Source: a virus. From it: a stretch of 64,000 nt of DNA. The notes under the pieces are model-generated. The model made no database searches and was not told the origin of the DNA. It saw nothing but the letters and a program-made list of their open reading frames with translations. The translations under genes and the position numbers were made by a program. The DNA lies in IMG/VR virus record IMGVR_UViG_3300036760_000306, positions 52,458-116,457 of that record; one strand, written 5' to 3'. Position 1 is the stretch's first letter. Each line of letters begins with the position of its first letter. This document shows, piece after piece, positions 1-9,377 of this stretch.

Positions 1-297
1 CAGCAACGAGCCCGTTTGCAAAGAACGGCATCTGGGGGAGTATCGACGGCAACCAACAGCTTCAATACTAAGCCAGGTAAACGGGTGACCCTGAGTGCCT
101 ATCACTCCCTCGCGGGTGACTTTGAAGGTGTAGCGGAATCCGCTGTGCCTTATGTGTACGCCCCCAAGAAGTTCAAAGAACTGGCTCCCACCATCTATGC
201 AGCGGTGGCGAAATGGTTCAAGGGGGCACACGTCCGATATGCTGGGGATTCCTTTGCTAGCAATCCCATAGGGGAAGTCGAGGCGGCGCTGTGGTGA
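1..297 (+). CDS. 3' part of a gene entering the window; zincin/MPTase-like tail, probably continuous with 291..3476
   Basis: Frame open from base 1. EGVAESAVPYVYAPKKFKELAPTIYAAV resembles the E..AE...Y...P..L...P..Y tail of polyvalent-protein metallopeptidase domains. One added G near 288 fuses it to the next ORF. Confidence 0.45.
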   Translation, partial: QQRARLQRTASGGVSTATNSFNTKPGKRVTLSAYHSLAGDFEGVAESAVPYVYAPKKFKELAPTIYAAVAKWFKGAHVRYAGDSFASNPIGEVEAALW

Positions 298-3200
298 TCC
301 AAGCACGAGTAGCAGAGCGCTTCGTTAGGGTGTCGGCGTACTCCGAAGACACCCTAGAGGTTGTTGCGGCCGGTCTTGCTCTACTGATCGCACAGAACTA
401 CATCGTCACCAATCCCTTCTTCGATGAGAAGGAGATCCGAACCTACCTGCTGTTGCGCAAGCAGTTCCACGGGGACTTCGTTCAAGCGTGCCTGGACCTG
501 GCGAATGCCTTTGAAGAGGGCCAGTTCGGGCAGAGCGTGCAACCGGCTGTCCCAGCTCTACGGGCTATTGGGCATCTTGGGGTCAAGCAGGATCAGCAAG
601 CGATCCGACAACTCGCGAGAGCATTCCGAGGACTCAAGCACCTCAAGTACAAGGATGTCGAGAACCCGAAGCTCATGCGGCTCATCCTGATGGCCCGCAG
701 ACTTGATGTCACCGCCCCGATCGACGCATGGTCGTCCGGTGGCAGGGATATCAAGGATTTCCTGGAGAACCTGGTCAAGATCCCAGCAGTGCCCACGAGG
801 CTCCGAACACTTCTTCGTAAAGTCATTAAGATGCCTGTGCCCGGCAGTACACTCACCGAGAACGCCAATCCGGGTGCTTGGTTTGAGATGCCTGCTGAGG
901 AGAAGCAGAATCTTCGGGAGTTGACTGAGAAAGTTGAACAAGAGCAGCTTGACATCTGGGAGAAGCACAAAGACTCGGATGCCAATGAGCGCATGGCCGC
1001 TTACCAGAGTGCGGCTCGACGGCTCCAGAAGATTCAGAGCATCGCGGGTGTGAACGTTGGGATCATCAAACGCGAGGATAAGGTCCCGCTCGATGCCTTG
1101 CTGAAGAAAGAGTCGGGGCTCGAAACCGATGGGCCTACCGAGTACACGCGACTCAAGCTTGAGGACTATATCAAGAAGATGGGTACCTACGGTGCCCAAC
1201 GGAAAGAAGGCGACCCCCTTCCTCGTGAGATCAGCAAGCTGCTGACCAGCCTTCGTAAGGCTAAGACGTTCCCAACGATGCAGCGCGTGATCAAAGACGC
1301 GGTGGATCGTCAAGTGCTGGGCCGTGGGGCTGTCGAGGACGTGGACCAAATCCTCAAGCAGGCGAACAAGAACCGGGCGTTGAAAGAGGGCAAGCCCCTT
1401 ACGCCACTTCAGTTCAGCCCACAAACATTGGAGCAGTTCAAGGCAGCGCACGACACGGGACCTGTGGAGTTCGACCCTGACTTCACGGAAGACGAGAAGC
1501 AGCAGTTGCTGGGCCGGGTTTCACGGGCCATCAGTGACTTGGAGGGTGTCTACGGGGAGGGCTTCTGCGGTAAGCATGCCAAGAAACTCGCGTTCCGTTT
1601 CAACAAAGGGTACAGCGGGATGGCATCCGCTCACTACTTCACGTGGGACGATCGCAAAACGTGGCAACCCAGGGTGACGTTCGGTCCGGAGTACGAAGGA
1701 CTCTTGGCTCACGAGCTGTCGCACTACCTTGAGGACTTGCTGGCGTACCAGATCCAGAAGCAGACTGAACCTGAGCGTATCGAGGCCCTCAAGATCAAAG
1801 GGATCGAGGGCGGCCCGGGTGTTCTGTTTTCCAACACAGGCGTACCCTTGAGTCGCTTCGCTGAGGCGGGTTCCCTGGCGAGCTATCGGGACCACCTGGG
1901 CAAGACGATCCCAGAGTTCGTTGATTTCATCGACGCTGTACTGGCCACACCGGACTACAAGCGCTGGGAGGACAAGCTTGGATCGGCTTACGACTCAGCG
2001 CTGCCCAAGGCGATCAAGGCGCTGACCGGCATGAACTATTACGACCTGCCCAAAGATCACCCGTATTACAGTCTGATCGACAAAGCACGGTACCGCTCTG
2101 ATCTACCGCCGGAAGTAAACGCCGAGGCACAGAAGCAGTACAAGGCTATGATGGGCGGCGACGATCGCAAGCTCAGTTACTACAACAGCTCCACCGAGGT
2201 TTGGGCCCGGATGTGCGAGCAGTACGTATACAACCGGCTTATCGACGCGGGGATCTCAAATCCGTGGCTCACTCAGATGAACTACGAGGATGATGTTTTC
2301 ATGGACGAGAAGACCTTCGATACCAAGCTACGTCCTATCATGGACAAGATCTTTGCCAAGCTGAAAGGCCGTAAGCTTATTGCAGGAGTTCCGATGAGCC
2401 CCCTACGTGAACGACTAGCGGACCGCTTCCTACTCGTGGCCCGAGTGGCGGCCCGCTACAAAGAGGCAAAGTACAAGAGCAAAAAAGTAGTGCCCAAAGC
2501 CAGCGGCAAAGGCACTACTGAGGTGTTGGTCTACTCGGATCGGCAGATAGCCCTACGTAAAAGCAAGAAAAGCAAGCGCCTTCAGAAGCTCAGTGGGCAC
2601 ATCGACAAGATGATGGCCAAGGTCAAGAAGGACTTGACCTCTAGTGATCAGAAGACTGCACGTGTTGCGCTCGCCATAATGTTGATTAATGAAACGTACG
2701 AGCGCGTTGGAAATGATACGAGTGCTGCGGGCGAGAACTCAGACACGGATTCCACCCCGCACCTTGGGGTGACCGGGTGGTCAAAAAAGAACATCAAGTT
2801 CACGGGCGGTAAAGCCAAGATCTCCTACCGTGGCAAGAGTTCTGTAGACCATGTGAAAATCGTGGAAGACCCGGCGACGGTCAAGGCACTCAAAAAAGCC
2901 TATGACGAATGTGAAGGGGACAAGGACTGCATCTTCCACTGGGCAGATGGGAAAGTCACGGCCAAAGAAGTCAACGAGGAGTTACGATCCTTTGGGGATT
3001 TGACTGCCAAGGATTTGAGGGGGTGGCACGCCAACAGGCTCATGAAAGAAGAGCTGGCTAAGGTACGAAAAGGCAAGCTACCCGAGGATAAGAAGGAGCG
3101 GGAGAAAAAGCTCAAGGATGAGTGGAAGAAAGCCTTGGAGGTCACGGCGGAGGAAATCCAGCACGAACCTGGCACCCTTCAGGGACAATACCTGGTAGAC

Positions 3201-3476
3201 TCAATGCGTGAACAATACCTGAAGGACGGTACCATAATCGAACGTTTGGATAAGACCGCCATGCTTGACAACTGCGTAATTGACAGCCCCGCATCGGTCT
3301 TTGACCAAGTTGGGATCAAGCGGGGTGACCATTACACGATCACCTGTGATGGTTGCGGAGCTGTGACTCGTTGTCGTTGTGATGGACCTAGAATTGAGGC
3401 TCACGTTCCTTCGTGTCCCGAGTGTGCCCCGAGTGCTCTTTCTGTCCGCTATCAAGTCTCAGAAGGTGCTGGGTAG
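291..3476 (+). CDS. Large polyvalent protein: zincin/LPD1-like domain + DNA topoisomerase IB catalytic domain + C-terminal Zn ribbon
   Basis: HELSH zincin motif; YYNSSTEVWARMCEQY (LPD1-like); Topo IB catalytic set YERVGN (R), YRGKS (K), TAKDLRGWHAN (R), IQHEP (H), GQYL (Y); CxxC pairs at the C-terminus. Confidence 0.8.
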   Translation: MVIQARVAERFVRVSAYSEDTLEVVAAGLALLIAQNYIVTNPFFDEKEIRTYLLLRKQFHGDFVQACLDLANAFEEGQFGQSVQPAVPALRAIGHLGVKQDQQAIRQLARAFRGLKHLKYKDVENPKLMRLILMARRLDVTAPIDAWSSGGRDIKDFLENLVKIPAVPTRLRTLLRKVIKMPVPGSTLTENANPGAWFEMPAEEKQNLRELTEKVEQEQLDIWEKHKDSDANERMAAYQSAARRLQKIQSIAGVNVGIIKREDKVPLDALLKKESGLETDGPTEYTRLKLEDYIKKMGTYGAQRKEGDPLPREISKLLTSLRKAKTFPTMQRVIKDAVDRQVLGRGAVEDVDQILKQANKNRALKEGKPLTPLQFSPQTLEQFKAAHDTGPVEFDPDFTEDEKQQLLGRVSRAISDLEGVYGEGFCGKHAKKLAFRFNKGYSGMASAHYFTWDDRKTWQPRVTFGPEYEGLLAHELSHYLEDLLAYQIQKQTEPERIEALKIKGIEGGPGVLFSNTGVPLSRFAEAGSLASYRDHLGKTIPEFVDFIDAVLATPDYKRWEDKLGSAYDSALPKAIKALTGMNYYDLPKDHPYYSLIDKARYRSDLPPEVNAEAQKQYKAMMGGDDRKLSYYNSSTEVWARMCEQYVYNRLIDAGISNPWLTQMNYEDDVFMDEKTFDTKLRPIMDKIFAKLKGRKLIAGVPMSPLRERLADRFLLVARVAARYKEAKYKSKKVVPKASGKGTTEVLVYSDRQIALRKSKKSKRLQKLSGHIDKMMAKVKKDLTSSDQKTARVALAIMLINETYERVGNDTSAAGENSDTDSTPHLGVTGWSKKNIKFTGGKAKISYRGKSSVDHVKIVEDPATVKALKKAYDECEGDKDCIFHWADGKVTAKEVNEELRSFGDLTAKDLRGWHANRLMKEELAKVRKGKLPEDKKEREKKLKDEWKKALEVTAEEIQHEPGTLQGQYLVDSMREQYLKDGTIIERLDKTAMLDNCVIDSPASVFDQVGIKRGDHYTITCDGCGAVTRCRCDGPRIEAHVPSCPECAPSALSVRYQVSEGAG

Positions 3477-3511
3477 GGAGGTTAAGGAGATGCTCCTTGG
3501 TGAACCGGGGA

Positions 3512-3679
3512 ATGGCGTCCAAAGTCCTGACTCGTTACCTCACGGCCAGGGATGACCAAGGGGTGCATCGTTGGTCCGAAGAGGACCGGCGAAAAGCCAG
3601 TGAAGTTGAAAAAGAACTCAAACAGCTAAAGCAGACTATCGGTAAGCTTGCATCCGACCTTTTGCGGCTAGACCGCTAG
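3512..3679 (+). CDS. Small protein with N-terminal KVLTRYLTA tag
   Basis: ATG at 3512, MASKVLTRYLTAR, then a coiled-coil-like helix. Confidence 0.6.
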   Translation: MASKVLTRYLTARDDQGVHRWSEEDRRKASEVEKELKQLKQTIGKLASDLLRLDR

Positions 3680-3712
3680 ACAGTCGTTTTCTAGTTATGC
3701 GCAACCTCAGGC

Positions 3713-3925
3713 ATGACCAACAAAAAGAAGATGCTCTTGGCCGGTGTGTTGCTCCTACTGGGTGGCGCTGCCGCAGCGTACAAGCCCGTGGCCTCTACCG
3801 CGAAGGCAAAGGAAGCCTGCAAAGATCTGCCGTCGTGTCAGGCAAGTTGTAGCAGCCCCTGTTTTTGCAACAGGTCCTGCTTCATCACTTGGTGCTGGGG
3901 GCCGTGGTACTGTCAGTGCGGCTGA
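3713..3925 (+). CDS. Secreted cysteine-rich peptide
   Basis: Basic N-terminus, hydrophobic stretch and AAAA cleavage-like site; 9 Cys in the last 35 aa. Confidence 0.6.
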   Translation: MTNKKKMLLAGVLLLLGGAAAAYKPVASTAKAKEACKDLPSCQASCSSPCFCNRSCFITWCWGPWYCQCG

Positions 3926-3935
3926 TCAGTCGCAC

Positions 3936-4253
3936 CTAGAACTCATCGCATTTGATGGGGCAGCTCGGGCCGCGTGGGGAGGCCCCGCAGGTTGGGCACG
4001 GGCTCTGTGGCTTGACGTAATCAGGTACAGTGTGAACCGGGGCTGAGGCTTCGACCCACACGACCCTGGTCTTGTCGTCATGTCCGTGGATCGCCACCAC
4101 GTCATCGATGGTGGCGTACATACCCATGGAGGATCGCTTGGCGAGCCAGTGGATCACGCATTCGCGATTCGTGAACTCAACACCTTCGGCAACAACACCT
4201 GTGCCGCTGACGCCTGAGGAATCTTCGTCACGATGAAGCTGAAAGAGCCGCAT
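3936..4253 (-). CDS. Conserved phage hypothetical protein
   Basis: MRLFQLHRDEDSSGVSGTGVVAEGVEF matches a small family I recall from phage genomes; follows the MTase gene directly. Confidence 0.7.
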   Translation of the reverse strand: MRLFQLHRDEDSSGVSGTGVVAEGVEFTNRECVIHWLAKRSSMGMYATIDDVVAIHGHDDKTRVVWVEASAPVHTVPDYVKPQSPCPTCGASPRGPSCPIKCDEF

Positions 4254-4258
4254 TTGGA

Positions 4259-5209
4259 TTACTCCTGGATACGAGTCGAACCGCACCCGCACACAACCTC
4301 AGCATAACTATAGAAGGCTCCGCAATCGGCGCATTCAAGAGGAAACGAGGCAGGCATATAGTTGCGGACCGGGACATCGATCTTCAGGTTCTTTGGCTGC
4401 CCAACTATAACTAGCTCGTTGACCTTCCCTCGCTTGTCTCCCTTCGAGTTGACGTTACGCTTAGCGCCCACGGTGTGCAAAGCAAAGCCTTCATACAATT
4501 CGTGCACAAGAGGAGCATCCGAGTTTGACTGCACGCACATGACCCCGCGATCCACAAGCTTACGGAACAGCTCGGCAAGTTCCCGTTGTTCGTCAGGCCC
4601 AAACTGCCCTGCGTAGGCTGTGAAACTGGCGGTTTCCGAGACGGGTACGTAGGGCGGATCAAAGTACACGAGATCCCCAGCTTGGGCATCATGCACTGCC
4701 TCAGCGAATCCGCCGACCCGTAGGGTGGCAAAGCGTTGAAGGGTCTCTTGGCACGCCTCAATGTTGTGGCGGTCGTAGAGGCTGGGGTTGTCGTACTTAC
4801 CGTAGGGGGCGTTGAACTTCCCCGAGCGGTTGACCCGGTAGAGGCCGTTGAAGCACGTCCGGTTCAGGTAGAGGGTGCGGGCCGCCTTCTCGACTGGATC
4901 CTCGTACTCCACCGCACGGATTCGCTTGAACTGCTGTTCCGTGTTCCAGTCCTGGTCTAGCTTGTATTGGTCAAGACGACGCAGTAGCTCTGGGAGTTGG
5001 TCGCGGACCACTTGATAGCAGTTGATCAGCTCGGGGTTGAAGTCGTTGAGTATGGCTTGGCGGAAACGCCGCCGGTCGGCGAAGTGGAAGAACACTGCTC
5101 CGCCACCTACGAAGGGCTCGTAAAAAGTCAGACTCTTGTGGGTAATGAGCTTGGAGAGCTTACCCAGTAACTGTGTCTTACCGCCAACATATTTAACGAA
5201 TGGCTTCAA
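4259..5209 (-). CDS. dam: Dam-family (D12 class) DNA adenine methyltransferase
   Basis: KYVGGK, EPFVGGGAV, LYLNRTCFNGLYRVN and DPPY motifs. Confidence 0.93.
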   Translation of the reverse strand: MKPFVKYVGGKTQLLGKLSKLITHKSLTFYEPFVGGGAVFFHFADRRRFRQAILNDFNPELINCYQVVRDQLPELLRRLDQYKLDQDWNTEQQFKRIRAVEYEDPVEKAARTLYLNRTCFNGLYRVNRSGKFNAPYGKYDNPSLYDRHNIEACQETLQRFATLRVGGFAEAVHDAQAGDLVYFDPPYVPVSETASFTAYAGQFGPDEQRELAELFRKLVDRGVMCVQSNSDAPLVHELYEGFALHTVGAKRNVNSKGDKRGKVNELVIVGQPKNLKIDVPVRNYMPASFPLECADCGAFYSYAEVVCGCGSTRIQE

Positions 5210-5300
5210 CGTCTTGCTCCGTGCTTAATCCTACTGATCTGTGAGTCCCGGACGCCGAATCGAATAGCTAGTTCCTTTCCTGGTAGAGTGCTTGCACGGA

Positions 5301-5489
5301 TTAGTGCAACATATATTCAGTCTGAAGCAACAAATTCCTATGCTTCCCACCCCTAAGAACTGCGAGATGTGTGTGGTACCGGTTGCGTAAGCGTTTTCCG
5401 TTACCGATGTACCGCCGCCCATTCACATGGTTTACGATCGCGTAAATGCCAGGACTCAACGCGAGATTGTTAGGGACTTCAAATCTCAT
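5301..5489 (-). pseudogene. Truncated GIY-YIG homing endonuclease remnant
   Basis: GIYAIVNHVNGRRYIG...R...H...L...H.N..LQ, then a stop after 62 aa. Confidence 0.75.
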
Positions 5490-5867
5490 TCACTCGTCCT
5501 CAGCATCTGCCAACGTCTCGGCCTCAGCGGTCACGGCCTGAAGGAAGTCTTGGAAGAAAGACTGCCAGGCGAGTACCACGGGGATTTCCCCACGCTCTTT
5601 GCTCCACGCCTCGTAGGCACTGATGACCCCTGGGCCCACCGCTTGAAAGAACAGGGCACGTAAGTGGTTGTCGGTAGCAAGGGACCGCTTCAGGACGGTC
5701 TGGGCAGCCGTCAGAAACAACGCCGTGGAGTCACCCCCGACTTCGCAGCCCTTCTCGAAAGCATCCTTCGTGAGGGCCAACAGGGCCTCTTGGGCTTGCG
5801 CTGGTGGGATGCTGGCCGCCACCATGAGCTGGTACGCGGGGTCGAAAGTGGGGAGGTCAGTGTTCAT
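5490..5867 (-). CDS. Hypothetical protein
   Basis: 125 aa ORF with genome-typical codon usage, in an operon-like run. Confidence 0.65.
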   Translation of the reverse strand: MNTDLPTFDPAYQLMVAASIPPAQAQEALLALTKDAFEKGCEVGGDSTALFLTAAQTVLKRSLATDNHLRALFFQAVGPGVISAYEAWSKERGEIPVVLAWQSFFQDFLQAVTAEAETLADAEDE

Positions 5868-5934
5868 CGAGGGCCTCGAAAATGGCGAGGTCTTGTGATC
5901 GTCTCAGGGCCAACAGGAGGTAAGGCTAGTACGG

Positions 5935-6561
5935 TTAGCATCTGGACATCTTTCGCATTGGTGCATAGGTCATCCTATGTGCTGGGCTTGGGCCTAAACT
6001 AGTTAGTCCAGTTAGATGCTTAGTTGTACCGTACCCGGCAGAACTTGATAAGTCGTACCCAGGGTATTGACGATCTAGCTCATCCATAATCCTATCATGT
6101 TGGACCTTGGCCACAATTGACGCTGCTCCAACGACTTGAAGTAGTGCATCTGCCTTTGGTAACGTGTAGGAGCCTAAGACGCTGCGTATACCGTCAATAA
6201 TGCACAGAGGCGTTTCTGTTACCCCTTGCTTGGAGTGCTCCGCTAATGCCCCAGTGATTGCCCTGGAATGCGCTTCTACGAATGCTCGACCAGCCCCAAG
6301 TGAATCAAATTCATCCGCATACATGTGTACTACGTGATAGGTAATCGATTTGATGAGCTGCGGGTATAGGTACTCACGAGCTGTGCGGGTCAACTTCTTG
6401 GAATCTGTGACCCCAGGCATGCTCCAACTTCTTGGCGCAATAGCGGCACACACGGAAAGCGGACCTGCCCAGCTCCCCAAACCCACTTCATCACTACCAA
6501 GGATAAATTGATGGGTCTCAATCTTGGCTTGAAGCAATGGTGGGATCAGGGGTGGTGTCAT
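5935..6561 (-). CDS. rnhB: Ribonuclease HII
   Basis: GSDEVGLGSWAGP, DSKKL, IIDG, KAD, AASIVAKV, GYGT..H motifs; GGTGTA 9 nt upstream of ATG. Confidence 0.93.
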   Translation of the reverse strand: MTPPLIPPLLQAKIETHQFILGSDEVGLGSWAGPLSVCAAIAPRSWSMPGVTDSKKLTRTAREYLYPQLIKSITYHVVHMYADEFDSLGAGRAFVEAHSRAITGALAEHSKQGVTETPLCIIDGIRSVLGSYTLPKADALLQVVGAASIVAKVQHDRIMDELDRQYPGYDLSSSAGYGTTKHLTGLTSLGPSPAHRMTYAPMRKMSRC

Positions 6562-6592
6562 ACCTACCTATACACCGAAGCAATCTGGAGTG

Positions 6593-6922
6593 TCACCGGA
6601 GGCCATGGAGTAACCTGTCTACCCGCTCGGGTTCTCGTTTCCTGAGTTCCGCTTCGACTCGGCTGTAGAACGTGGCCCGGTTCAGCATCCGGTGCCGCAC
6701 GGTGGAGATCAGGCCCCCGCCCATCCGGAGGGCGCTGAAGGTGATGGTCAAGAACGAAACCATCGCCAGCGTGCTCAGGCGTTCGACCTGGAGCTTGGCG
6801 AGGATTAGGTCCGCATCGGGCGCGAGTTCCCCAAGCTCAGGGCTCATTCTCTCGTAGATGGCATCGACCAACGAGTCGTCGGACCCTTGCCACGTGTAAA
6901 TCGTCTCAACCCACTCATCCAT
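6593..6922 (-). CDS. Hypothetical protein
   Basis: ORF with GGTGTA 10 nt upstream of ATG. Confidence 0.7.
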   Translation of the reverse strand: MDEWVETIYTWQGSDDSLVDAIYERMSPELGELAPDADLILAKLQVERLSTLAMVSFLTITFSALRMGGGLISTVRHRMLNRATFYSRVEAELRKREPERVDRLLHGLR

Positions 6923-6942
6923 GGGGCGAGACTACACCAGAA

Positions 6943-8535
6943 TCAACTGCTCAACGTGTGGTTGTGGCCGTTCTGCGTGTGGTTGTGCCCAGTATCCGTA
7001 ACCCCATGGCTGTGCCCAGAATCGGAGACGGTGACTCCGGTGGCGCTGGACCCTAAAGTATGGGTGTGCTGTGTCTGCGTTAAATTCAATGAATAGACGT
7101 ACCACACATCAATGCCGTGATTACCGTGGTGGTTGCCCGTAACATCGAAAGTACCATTCACCGTATCCGTTGCTGCAAACGTTCTAACCTCACCGTCAAC
7201 GCTGACCTTTAAAAATGCTGTCACGTTGTCATTTGGCACCCCGAAGGACGCGCCTAACTCGATAGTTACGCTAGTCCCACCACCCACCGGGGCGCTATTC
7301 ACGTAGTTGGTGACGAAAAAGAAGGCTTTGGCACCCACGACAACGCCCCCGCCAACCGGCTTGGTGAACACCTCTGCTAGAGCGCTACCGTTACGACCTG
7401 TGCCATTAATCGTGACTGTGCCGCCCGCCCAACCTGCGGGAAACGTTACGTCCATGGTCCGGGGCACGCCGGGCTGTGCAGTGGGCACACTACTGGCGGC
7501 GGGTTGAGCGATGGTACCCTGAGTAAGTCCATCGGCTTCAACAGTGTTCAGGGCATACCACCCCGTCAACGTAACCGCATTGTTTACGGGAGTCGTGGAG
7601 CCCACCGTGTGGGTGTGTCCAGGATCCGTGACAGCGGTAACGGCCGTACCCGAGTTGATCGAGAGTCCGGTGGCACTTGAGTTGTTCGTAGGCGTGGTCG
7701 AGTTGACCGTGAGAGGATCCGAACCGCCTGCATGTGTCGCAGAGTGCGCAGTAGGAGTACGAGCGTTTGAAAGCCTAGGGTCGTTGCCAGCCGTAACTGT
7801 GTTGGCTGCGGAGCCGTAAGGGACTTCTTCCCATGTTGTGTTTGCGGCGTTTCGTTTGAGAAACCCATTTGCAAGCTTTGCAGGGAGTGCGTCTGCTTGT
7901 AAGCCCACAACCGAAGGAGCCGGGTAAACACCCGCTAAATCGCCACTAGCGGGACCAACAGGAGGCCCACCGCCAAAGACTATCGGAGCGTGGGTCCACT
8001 GGTTTAGAAACGAATCGTAAAGTAGGACATCCCCGTTGCTCGGGGGCGGCGCTTCGATTGGAATGCCCTCAAGACCCACGACGGTGGGGTTTGGGTAGGT
8101 TCCGAATAGATCCCCACCAGCAGGCCCAACCGGCGGACTTCCTGCAACCCAGTTAACACCGTCCGACCAATAGGGACCGTTATCGGTTGTGTTCCAGATC
8201 ACGGTTCCGGAGGGGTACCCAGAAGCGGCGGGGAGAGTCAGAGTCGTGTACGCCTCGGGCGTAACGAACATTTGAGCGATGATGACGCCGACCTGGTGGA
8301 ACTTCCGGATCGTGCCTGCCTCAAACGAAAGCAAAGATCGGCTGGATCCAGCGATGTCGATGAAGCCGCCTACAGGGACATAGCAGGCAACTTTGCGGTT
8401 CTGGTTCTCGTACCCAACGTCCAAGTCATTGATCAGGACCGGGTTCGTGTTGGGACGCCCGTCAGCCATCAAACCCGTATGCGTCAACCGAATCAGGAGG
8501 ACGGGACGAGGCGCTGGGTTCGGCGTCGGGGGCAT
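6943..8535 (-). CDS. Virion fibre/baseplate-like structural protein
   Basis: Gly/Thr/Pro-rich; repeated PPVGPA.GDL.G.YP.P.VVGL; multiple GHTH/GHSH/GHNH (HxH) repeats typical of trimeric fibre tips. Likely start MPPTPNP at 8535. Confidence 0.7.
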   Translation of the reverse strand: MPPTPNPAPRPVLLIRLTHTGLMADGRPNTNPVLINDLDVGYENQNRKVACYVPVGGFIDIAGSSRSLLSFEAGTIRKFHQVGVIIAQMFVTPEAYTTLTLPAASGYPSGTVIWNTTDNGPYWSDGVNWVAGSPPVGPAGGDLFGTYPNPTVVGLEGIPIEAPPPSNGDVLLYDSFLNQWTHAPIVFGGGPPVGPASGDLAGVYPAPSVVGLQADALPAKLANGFLKRNAANTTWEEVPYGSAANTVTAGNDPRLSNARTPTAHSATHAGGSDPLTVNSTTPTNNSSATGLSINSGTAVTAVTDPGHTHTVGSTTPVNNAVTLTGWYALNTVEADGLTQGTIAQPAASSVPTAQPGVPRTMDVTFPAGWAGGTVTINGTGRNGSALAEVFTKPVGGGVVVGAKAFFFVTNYVNSAPVGGGTSVTIELGASFGVPNDNVTAFLKVSVDGEVRTFAATDTVNGTFDVTGNHHGNHGIDVWYVYSLNLTQTQHTHTLGSSATGVTVSDSGHSHGVTDTGHNHTQNGHNHTLSS

Positions 8536-8591
8536 ACCAGGGCTTTTGACAAGAACAAAAACCCCGGATCCCCTAATCGTCCCCGCTAGGC

Positions 8592-8942
8592 ATGGACAAG
8601 GATCTGGACCGCTGGAATCGCAAACAAGCGGCATACCGTCGTAGAAAAGCCCTACAAGAGCGGGCCATCAATCATTTGGGCGGTAAGTGCCAGATTTGCG
8701 GTTACGCCAAGTGCCTGGCAGCCTTGGACATGCACCACACCGATCCTATGGGTAAGGACTTCAACATCTCAGCGGGCTTGACCTCGTGGGAACGTGTTCT
8801 ACCTGAGCTGGAGAAATGCGTGCTTTTGTGCTCAAACTGCCATCGGGAAGTCCATGATGGGCTTCACCCCGGGTATCTCGAACTCGATGGTGTTTGGGGT
8901 TCTAGGTACGACACCGAACTGGAAACCGAGGACCTTCATTAG
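8592..8942 (+). CDS. HNH endonuclease
   Basis: GGKCQICGY..C..ALDMHH.DP..K and LLCSNCHREVH. Confidence 0.88.
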   Translation: MDKDLDRWNRKQAAYRRRKALQERAINHLGGKCQICGYAKCLAALDMHHTDPMGKDFNISAGLTSWERVLPELEKCVLLCSNCHREVHDGLHPGYLELDGVWGSRYDTELETEDLH

Positions 8943-9377
8943 ATGCTTGCCTATTGGTTGAATGCTCAAGAGTGCCTGGATCTCCCGCTTGCTGAACTGC
9001 GGCGGAACGGGATTGTGTACGAGTCGATTCCTGTTCAGGACCCTTGGCCACATTTGAATCGAATCAAAGCGGAGCATGGGTATGTGGCTGAAGACCTGGT
9101 GGACTTGAACGCGACTCGACCGGACTTCGAGAACCTAGGCCGAGCGTTCAAGCGTGAACACTCTCACGAAGAAGATGAGGTCCGCTTCATCGTCTCAGGG
9201 AATGGCACTTTCGACATCCGGTCAAACGACGACTGCTGGATGCGAGTTTGGGTTGAGCCTGGGGACCTGATCATCATCCCGGCTGGCCGTCACCACCTGT
9301 TTCATTTGACCAGCGAAGGCATCGAGGCCATCCGGCTGTTCAAGAACGAGGCGGGTTGGGTGCCTAGCTATCGTTAG
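8943..9377 (+). CDS. mtnD: Acireductone dioxygenase (cupin)
   Basis: EHSHEEDEVRFIVSG.G.FDIR...D.W.R..VEPGDLIIIPAGRHH.F; metal ligands H, H, E, H present. Confidence 0.88.
   Translation: MLAYWLNAQECLDLPLAELRRNGIVYESIPVQDPWPHLNRIKAEHGYVAEDLVDLNATRPDFENLGRAFKREHSHEEDEVRFIVSGNGTFDIRSNDDCWMRVWVEPGDLIIIPAGRHHLFHLTSEGIEAIRLFKNEAGWVPSYR

Noticed and set aside
558-1451. Long antisense ORFs (also 14640..15476, 23006..23773, 39150..39962, 46480..47481)
   Set aside because: They are shadows of well-supported genes on the opposite strand, expected with GC-rich codon bias, and have no motifs.
6571-6576. GGTGTA as a variant Shine-Dalgarno (GGTG pairs with the anti-SD)
   Set aside because: Disfavoured but not excluded: it has a fixed-distance upstream partner (TAGAGT-N13) in a subset, and it also occurs 30-60 nt upstream of genes that have their own normal SD.
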